DNA of 64,000 nucleotides from the human T2T-CHM13v2.0 reference genome, Homo sapiens. The DNA is taken from the NCBI RefSeq assembly GCF_009914755.1, contig NC_060943.1; one strand, written 5' to 3'. Within the stretch, counting starts at the first letter, position 1, and every line of letters starts with the position of its first letter. This document shows, piece by piece, positions 54,261 to 64,000 of this stretch. A model generated the notes under the pieces. The model ran no database searches. It was not told the origin of the DNA and saw only the letters and a list, made by a program, of their open reading frames with translations. Made by a program: the position numbers and the translations under genes.

Positions 54261-54610
54261 CTGCAGGGTGGGGTGGGAAGGGCACTGTTGAGAGGGTTGA
54301 GGTGACCCAGGCAGCTCTGGGGGGGGGCCAGGCTCTGTGGGGCAGGAGCCACCGGCAACTTCCCCAGGGGCTGGGAGCAGAGGCCAGCACAATTGCCTAG
54401 ACTCAGGAACCACTCAGCCTTGGTAAAAACAGACAGGTCTGCTGGTCTCCGACCTCCCTCAACCCCAAACTCTGGCCCAGAGGTTTCTCCACATCCCCAC
54501 CCAGTCCCAGAGCTTCAGGGCTCTGAGCTGGGGTCTCTGCCAGGTGGCCACACACAGATCTTGGGGACAGGCGGTGTCATGTGCCTGCCCCATCCCACTC
54601 CCTCACTCAC

Positions 54611-54721
54611 CGGGTCACCCTCCACCACCTCGCCTTTGGGGTTCCTGACCACCATCACCAGCTGTGCCTGGAAGGTGATGATCAGCACCGGCCCCTGCTC
54701 CATCATCTTGCCCATGGCCAG
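54611..54721 (-). CDS. TIMM44: TIMM44 exon 12
   Basis: LAMGKMMEQGPVLIITFQAQLVMVVRNPKGEVVEGDP. Confidence 0.96.
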
Positions 54722-55030
54722 CTGCAGAGGGGCCGAGAGGGGGGATGTGCCTCAGAGGACAGCCCGGCTGCTCCCCTGGAGGTGAAACCCCTGCGCCTAG
54801 GCCCTGCTAGGAGAAGGCTCCAGCACCAGGCCCAGCACCGGTCCCTCCCCGTGGGCCTTGCCTCTCAGGCCAGGACCAGGCCTCCCTCGAGACCCTCCCC
54901 TTGGACAAGCCCAAGACCTCTTGGATCAGCCCATGGCCCCCAGCCCCTGGCAAGGCCACCTCCTGGGCCTTGTCTGGGCCATAGTTCCCACCCCCGATGG
55001 TGGCCCGGGCCCCCACTGCGAGGTGCTTAC

Positions 55031-55120
55031 GTCGACGTTGTCAATGTCTAGGATGCGAGAATGGAACTGGAGACCCAGTGCCTTGGCCTGCTGGATGGGG
55101 TGGGCCAGCTGGCTGTAAGT
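55031..55120 (-). CDS. TIMM44: TIMM44 exon 11
   Basis: TYSQLAHPIQQAKALGLQFHSRILDIDNVD. Confidence 0.95.
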
Positions 55121-56811
55121 CTGCAATGAGAGGCCGACACGCCTGCGTGATGCCACCCAGGGTGGGCACCACGCCACACAGAGCTGCTGCCCACACACCC
55201 TGGCGCCCAGGTGCCCTGCCGCCAGCCAGCAATGGCAGAGGCCAAGAACCCAGGTCCAAGTGGGGAGGCAGGTGCCACCCACTTACTGGCCCAGATCACA
55301 CGCTTCCCACTCCTGGGAACAACACTCTATCCAGATGACCCAATGAAAACAGGATTAATCAGCAAAGTGGGTGATTCTCTTGGAACAAAATCCCAAATCT
55401 ACTCCCAGGGCTAAGCTGGCGGCCCCTTGGCTGATCTTTAATACTTCCATATTCGCCGCACTCTGAATCTTGGCCTGAGATCAAACGCCTCTTCTAGGAT
55501 CTGTCCTCAGCCTGAGGCTGCCTCTGTCACTGACCAGCCCCCAGTGTCACCCTCAACCCCCTGCGCCTGTGCCAGGCACAGGAAGCAGCCCCCGAGACAC
55601 GTTTTCGCTGGAGGTTTCTCTGGGCTTGGCATGAAACCATGAGAGAAAAGATGTTCTGATAGCATCTACTTTTTATGGAAATGACTGATCCGCGGAGGGG
55701 AGAGAAAAAAAAAACAGAGCCAATCCTACTTGTTCGGTTTCTTAAAGGTGACATTTTAAAAACACTTCTGTGGACGTGGCTGGAACTTCAGCTGTGTTTC
55801 CAGGGCACCAGCAGCTCCCTGGCAAAGCGAGTCAGCTGTGGCGTAATGGTCCCAAGGTAAAAACAAAACAAAAAACCAAAAAAAAAAAAAAAAAAAAAAA
55901 AATCCACATCGAAACTCATAAATGCCTGCTGGATTAGTCACCATGCAGGGGAGTATTTAAAAAGAAAATCTGACATCTTCTCCTCTGCTTTTTCCAAGTT
56001 GTTTATGAGCTGGGTGCAGAATAGAATTAGCCAAGAACGATTCTGGATCGCTTAATACGAAGAAGCCAGGGGAAAGAAACACACAGGTCGGGGAGCGAAT
56101 AGGGTGAGATGAGGTGGCCTGAGGAGATGAGAGCTGGGAGCCCCACAGGGATGGACTCGGGCAGGGACAGGGAGGCTGCCAGGGATGGGGCAGACAGCTA
56201 GACCAGACCCCAGGTACGCGGTGCTGCTGGTGGCCCCCGAACCCCAAGCTTTGACTCTGAGAAGCAGCTGAGGCCTCATCAGGACACAGCTCCTTCCTGG
56301 TGTGGGAAGACTATCGATGTTTTGTTTGGATCTATGTTTCAGGATCATGTCGTGAGGACAGCTAGAGGCTCCCAGGGCCTGGGGAGGGGCACCCACTGCC
56401 GCAACCCCATCCGTGCCCCATAGGTGGCGGCCCCGGGTCACCGATGAAAGCTCCCCCAACTCTTCCAGGGGCTGTTTGGTTACCAGGGTTACCTCTGTGG
56501 GTTCCCTCTGGCCCGGGGCCAGCACTGCCCTGGTTTCTGTGATCACACTTCATTCTCACGACCCGTGGGAGGTGAGCACAGGGACTCTGCTCTGGCCTGG
56601 GAAGTGGGATGGGTGACACCTTCAAACCCCACTTGACTCCCAGCCCCCCCCCAGTCATGTGGGAGACCCACACTGTCCCTGACCCCCGGCCCCAGCCTGC
56701 ACCCCAGGCCACTGCAGCCACCTGAAATAGGGCAGTCGGCCCCCAGACACCTCATTTTACTTCATGGCTGCAACCACCTCTCCTGGGACTCTCCTTCCCT
56801 AAATTATTATT

Positions 56812-57695
<884 letters not shown>

Positions 57696-58091
57696 AACCA
57701 AAATTATTTTAAGATTGGAGGGAAAAAAAAGGCCCAGTAAAATTGGCAGCTTTGTGATCTCTCACAGGCCCAGGGGACACCCCCAACCAGCCATCTCTTA
57801 GACACCAGCCCAGAGAAGGATTCTCCCTAACAAAGTTTACAGTCTGGGAGCAAAGGACTGGCGGGTGACCCGGTGTCCAGCCTGAGAGCCCAGATGTGTC
57901 ACATGCTGAGGAATGGAAAGGGGCAGGGGGGGATGTCAGGCTCTCGGAGGGTGAGACGTGAGGATTCCCCCACCGGGAGCCCAGGTCCTGCCTGTTGGGA
58001 GCTACCCCAACGGAGCCACCGAAGTGGAACTTCTCCATGGTGATTTTTTAGGCCTTAAAAAAAAAAAAAGAAAAAGAAAGGAAGTACTCAC

Positions 58092-58142
58092 AGCTTCATA
58101 GCACCAGTCTTTGAGAATGTCAAGCTCTCCAGAAATCATGGC
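58092..58142 (-). CDS. TIMM44: TIMM44 exon 10
   Basis: AMISGELDILKDWCYEA; 51 nt. Confidence 0.94.
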
Positions 58143-59580
58143 CTAAAAAGGAAGGGAAAATAAGCACCAGAACGAGAGTGGGCTTTTCAGGCAGCAGGCG
58201 AGGTCCTGGGAACATTCTCCAGTGGTGCGGGGTGGGGAGTTTCCTCAGACACCCCCGGCTGCCACCTGTGGGGCGCGGGTGGAGCTGTGGCACTGGGTGT
58301 CCCCCCCAGGCCCGTCCCTGCTGGTGTCAGTGCCTGGCTCTGGCCTAGGCACAGGCGGAGGGCGGCCTGCGGGCGACCACCCAGGAGGCACCCCACAGGG
58401 GGACCCCCCTGGAACCTGGTGGAGGAAGAGAAAGGTGGCTGGGGACCCAGCTTTCAGCCTGGTCAGGAATCCAAGCCAGGGAGATGAGGACCCAACTCCG
58501 GCTCCCGCAGTGAGCCCATGTCCTCTGTCCCCCCAGGGGACCACATTTCGGACTGCAAGGCCCACCATGGGACCGGCTGCCTCCTAACTGCTGGGGGCAG
58601 CGAGAGGGAGGGGTGGGCTGCAGGGGGCGTGCCTGGGCTGGGAGCTGCTTCCACAGGATCCTGGAGCCTGGGCCGGATCCGATGAGGGGGAGGGAGGTGC
58701 CTGGAGCGGGGAGAAGAGCGGGAAGGAGCCGGATGCTGGTGGTGAAAGCTGTGAGCGGCAGGGGGCGGGTGGCCAGAACACTTGGCACCCATCACCCATC
58801 CCGGAAGGCACTGCGGTGCTCAGGCTGCTGTTTTGGGGCATGGCGCCCATCCGCACCACCTCCCAGCCCTGCCCGAAGTGGCGGGAAGGATACGGGAAAC
58901 TGGAGGAGGAAGAGGACGTTGGGCGGAGGCCGGCGGGGCCAAGGATGGAGAGTCCCATGAAGGGCCTTCCAGAGGCCTGGCCCGACTGGGCCGAAGGTGT
59001 CCAGGCTCCTCCTGCATCCTGGGGGCTGCAGAGAGGCAGAGGCAGCAGGGAAGACAAGAGGCCACCAACCTCAGGGAGAGGCTTATAGGGGGCAGGCTGC
59101 AGCATGACCTTGAGCAAGATACCCTCATCTATAAGCCCAACAAGGGTCTGGTTGCCAGGGACAGCACCGTGAGGGAACCTCACGGCTGCAGCTCTGGGTC
59201 AGACGTGGCCTGGGGCCAGCTCTGATGTCTGAAGACAGACGCCCACTTCTCCCAAGGGGTGAGGGGCTCCAGGCACCTGAGACAATCCCTAGCCTCCAGC
59301 AGCTGCTCCCAGCAACCTCAAAGGAACAACAGCCTCAGGCAGGAGGAGTGAGGGAAACAGACCTGGAGGTACCGGAGGTGCCGGTAAGGCCCAGGAAGGG
59401 CTTCGGGCACAGCTCATGGGGCAGCTGCAGCCGGGCAGGAGCCCGTGTGCAACCAGCCTCCTCAGAAAACAGCCTCGGCAGCAGAGTTCCCTGGCAGCAC
59501 CCAGGGTGCCGGCTGCGGCGGGGGAGGTGGTGGAGCCAGGACCTGCCGCCTGGGAGGGGTCCTGGGGGTGTGGCACCCAC

Positions 59581-59705
59581 CTCCAGGACATTGGGGATGA
59601 TGTCGTTCTCGCACTGTTTCAGAAACCGGTCCTTGTCAAAGGCCGGGTCCACCCGGAGGATCTCCGTGAGCACCTCCGACATCTCTGTCTTGGAGAACAG
59701 GCCCC
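59581..59705 (-). CDS. TIMM44: TIMM44 exon 9
   Basis: GLFSKTEMSEVLTEILRVDPAFDKDRFLKQCENDIIPNVLE. Confidence 0.96.
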
Positions 59706-59793
59706 CTGCAGGGAGCAGAGCCGGGAGTTCGGGGGGAAGGCCGGAGACCCCGCCCCACCACCAGCCTGCGAGGTCCAGGGATGACTCACTCAC

Positions 59794-59886
59794 CCAGCAA
59801 GTCGGTGACCTTGTCCGTAAGGGCCCGGGATGCCCGGATGAACGCGTTGTCGCTTTCGTCATACTTCATCTTCATCTCGAAGAACC
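59794..59886 (-). CDS. TIMM44: TIMM44 exon 8
   Basis: FFEMKMKYDESDNAFIRASRALTDKVTDLL. Confidence 0.95.
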
Positions 59887-60438
59887 CTGTGGAAGATGGG
59901 GTAGGTGCTGGAGAAGGGGCCCCTTCCAGAAACACAACCCTCCCTCACAGCTTCTAGAGGCTCCCTGTGACCCCTGCGGGATCCACCCTGACACGGGTGG
60001 GGTCAGGGAGGGGACGGCTGTGGACCTGCATCCTCATCTGTGCTTGGGGACCGCTGCCTGCCCACCTACCTGGCCAGGCGCAGAGGCCCCTCAGCTGCGG
60101 CCCTAATGGGGCTGTGTAAGTTATGGGCCGCCACCCCACTGGCTGTTGCTTTCACTACAAAGGAAACACAGGCCTCTAGCAGTCCTCACAGGACAAGGGA
60201 CAGGGGCCTGCGGCTCGTTTCGGGGCCCTGACTGTGCTTATGAGGGAGCACCTGGCTTCTGGCGGCAGAATCTACAGCCCCACCATCATGTGACCGCAAA
60301 GAAGTGACCGGCCCACTCTGACCCCGATCTCCTCCTCTGCAAAACGGGGCTGTCTTGTGCCCAATGCAGGGGGATCACCTTGCGGTCCACCAACTGCCCG
60401 GGACACAGTCACCTGCCCTCCAAGACACCTTCACTCAC

Positions 60439-60524
60439 GGTTAAACACCACGTTGTTCTCCTTGAAGTCCTTCCACTGCTGGTACCACTTGGAGTCCTTG
60501 TGCAGCACGACCCCCAGGGCCTCC
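60439..60524 (-). CDS. TIMM44: TIMM44 exon 7
   Basis: EALGVVLHKDSKWYQQWKDFKENNVVFN. Confidence 0.95.
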
Positions 60525-60817
60525 CTGGGGAAGAGGGTGGGCCCTGGGGTGAGCGGCGGCGCCAGGGCCACCCTGTGCCCTCCTGCGGCTGCAGGCAGGG
60601 GGCAGTACAGGACAGCAGGCAGCTGAGACCTCAAACCTAGGGGCTCTGAGGACCCCGCCCTCACCTCTCACCCTCAAATTCGAGGGAGCCGGGAACCTTG
60701 GGCAGAAGGCAAACTCAAGAAACGGACTCAGGAGGGAACCATTGGTGGGCTCCCGAAATGGACAGCAGTGAAAGCTGCCCAAAATGGGGGCAGCGAGGGC
60801 CACGGGCTGGTACCTAC

Positions 60818-60957
60818 TCGTTTGGCTCAAACACTTTCTCCTCCTTGAACTTATCTCCCGCAAACTCCGTTCTCTTCCGGAGTCGCTGGGGCCTCCGGTA
60901 GGGCCCGGTCTGTCCCAGGACGCTGTCGTCAATTTCCTTCTTCACGGACTCCACCCC
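60818..60957 (-). CDS. TIMM44: TIMM44 exon 6
   Basis: GVESVKKEIDDSVLGQTGPYRRPQRLRKRTEFAGDKFKEEKVFEPN. Confidence 0.95.
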
Positions 60958-61042
60958 CTGCGAGGGAGGCACAGCGGGGCTGGGGTGGGTGTCTGGGTTC
61001 GGCCGCCCCAGGCTGCATGCCCTAGCCCAGGACTGGGCTCAC

Positions 61043-61192
61043 CTGGGAGAGGGCTCTGAAGGCCGCTGTCCTGCCCAGCTTCTCCCCGCCTTTGGATACC
61101 GACTCGGCCGACTGCTTGGCCGTCTTGGCTGCTTCCTCCACGCCCTCCTTGATTTTCCGGCCGAGATCACTTTTACTGACTTCGTGAAGGCT
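61043..61192 (-). CDS. TIMM44: TIMM44 exon 5
   Basis: SLHEVSKSDLGRKIKEGVEEAAKTAKQSAESVSKGGEKLGRTAAFRALSQ; acceptor ctcagtag. Confidence 0.94.
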
Positions 61193-61335
61193 CTACTGAG
61201 ACAGACACAGAGAGGGGGCGTTGGCACCGGCCCTGGCGGCCGGGGGGCGGGGCAGGAGGAATGAATTCCTGCCGGAGAGAAGGGCGGATCTGGTTCCCCG
61301 AGGCCGGCAGAGGCCTTCTGTGCTCCTGTGGTACG

Positions 61336-61471
61336 CGGCACCCCCAGAGCCATGAGCACAACGGCACCCCCAGAGCCACGAGCACACCGCCACCCCCAGA
61401 GCCACGAGCACACCGGCACCCCCAGAGCCATGAGCACACCGGCACCCCCAGAGCCATGAGCACACCGCCAC
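61336..61471. repeat. 5 x 26-bp GC-rich minisatellite (CGGCACCCCCAGAGCCATGAGCACAC)
   Basis: Units start at 61336, 61362, 61388, 61414 and 61440. Confidence 0.93.
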
Positions 61472-62018
61472 GGCTTCCGGGATGCTGGCCCTGGGCTCTG
61501 GGTGAGACGCTGGGTCTGCTGGCCCCTTTCCAAAATGGGCAGGAGTCCTCTGGAGACCCGGGAACTGCCTGGCAGCAAGGATTCCCAAGGAGGGGACCCC
61601 GGGGAAAGAACGGCGGTGAGGGCGCCCCATGCTGCGCAAAGCTGGACAGAACAGACAACCGAGGAGAGCCGCAGCACCCCAGGAATCCTGCCTCCCGCCT
61701 CTACCCTCGGGAGGGGGTGGAAGCGGCCCCTCTCCTCCTATTTTTAGGCAGGAAAAACATTTTCATGTTCTCCTCGAGTCCTGGCTAGCAGCACTTACTG
61801 CTGCCGACTCCCTGGGTCAACGGTCATGCAAGGTTGCCAGTCTGACCTCACCCTGCATGTGCCGGGAACTCCTGAAACCTTCCCGAGGGTGGCAGCACGC
61901 CCCATGCCACCCACTGCTGCCAAGCCACCCCCACCCAGGAGCCGACTCTTCCTCCAGCCTCCAGCGGCCAGGGGACTTTGATGGCCCCAGCGGCTCCAGG
62001 CGGGCGTGGAACTGTTAC

Positions 62019-64000
<1,982 letters not shown>

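Noticed and set aside
58584-59183. 199-aa Pro/Ser-rich ORF in a TIMM44 intron
   Set aside because: Low complexity, no domain, no independent promoter or splice support visible.

Overview
Human genomic DNA, recognised as the gene-dense, Alu-rich chr19p13.2 block. In order: 5' end of PRR36 (-), processed pseudogene LYPLA2P2 (-), a 5S rRNA pseudogene (-), LRRC8E (+), MAP2K7 (+), TGFBR3L (+), SNAPC2 (+), CTXN1 (-) and the last 10 exons of TIMM44 (-). I rebuilt exons by hand from GT-AG boundaries. Spliced lengths close exactly on the expected proteins: LRRC8E 796 aa, MAP2K7 419/435 aa, TGFBR3L 292 aa, SNAPC2 334 aa, CTXN1 82 aa. Almost all other ORFs in the track are Alu, low-complexity or GC-rich noise. 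I cannot support a wholly new multi-gene system. The best candidates for undescribed biology are RNA-processing architectures: (1) a 45-bp tandem repeat that triplicates an in-frame MAP2K7 5' splice site inside the kinase domain; (2) a CAG-TAG NAGNAG acceptor in TIMM44 whose first AG inserts a stop codon; (3) an AUG-UGA start-stop element 3 nt before the CTXN1 start; (4) a latent 3'UTR intron in MAP2K7 that could swap the C-terminus; (5) a probable 5S-Alu chimeric retrocopy; (6) a MIR-derived CTXN1 poly(A) signal. Gene identities and literature remarks are from memory; no database was searched.
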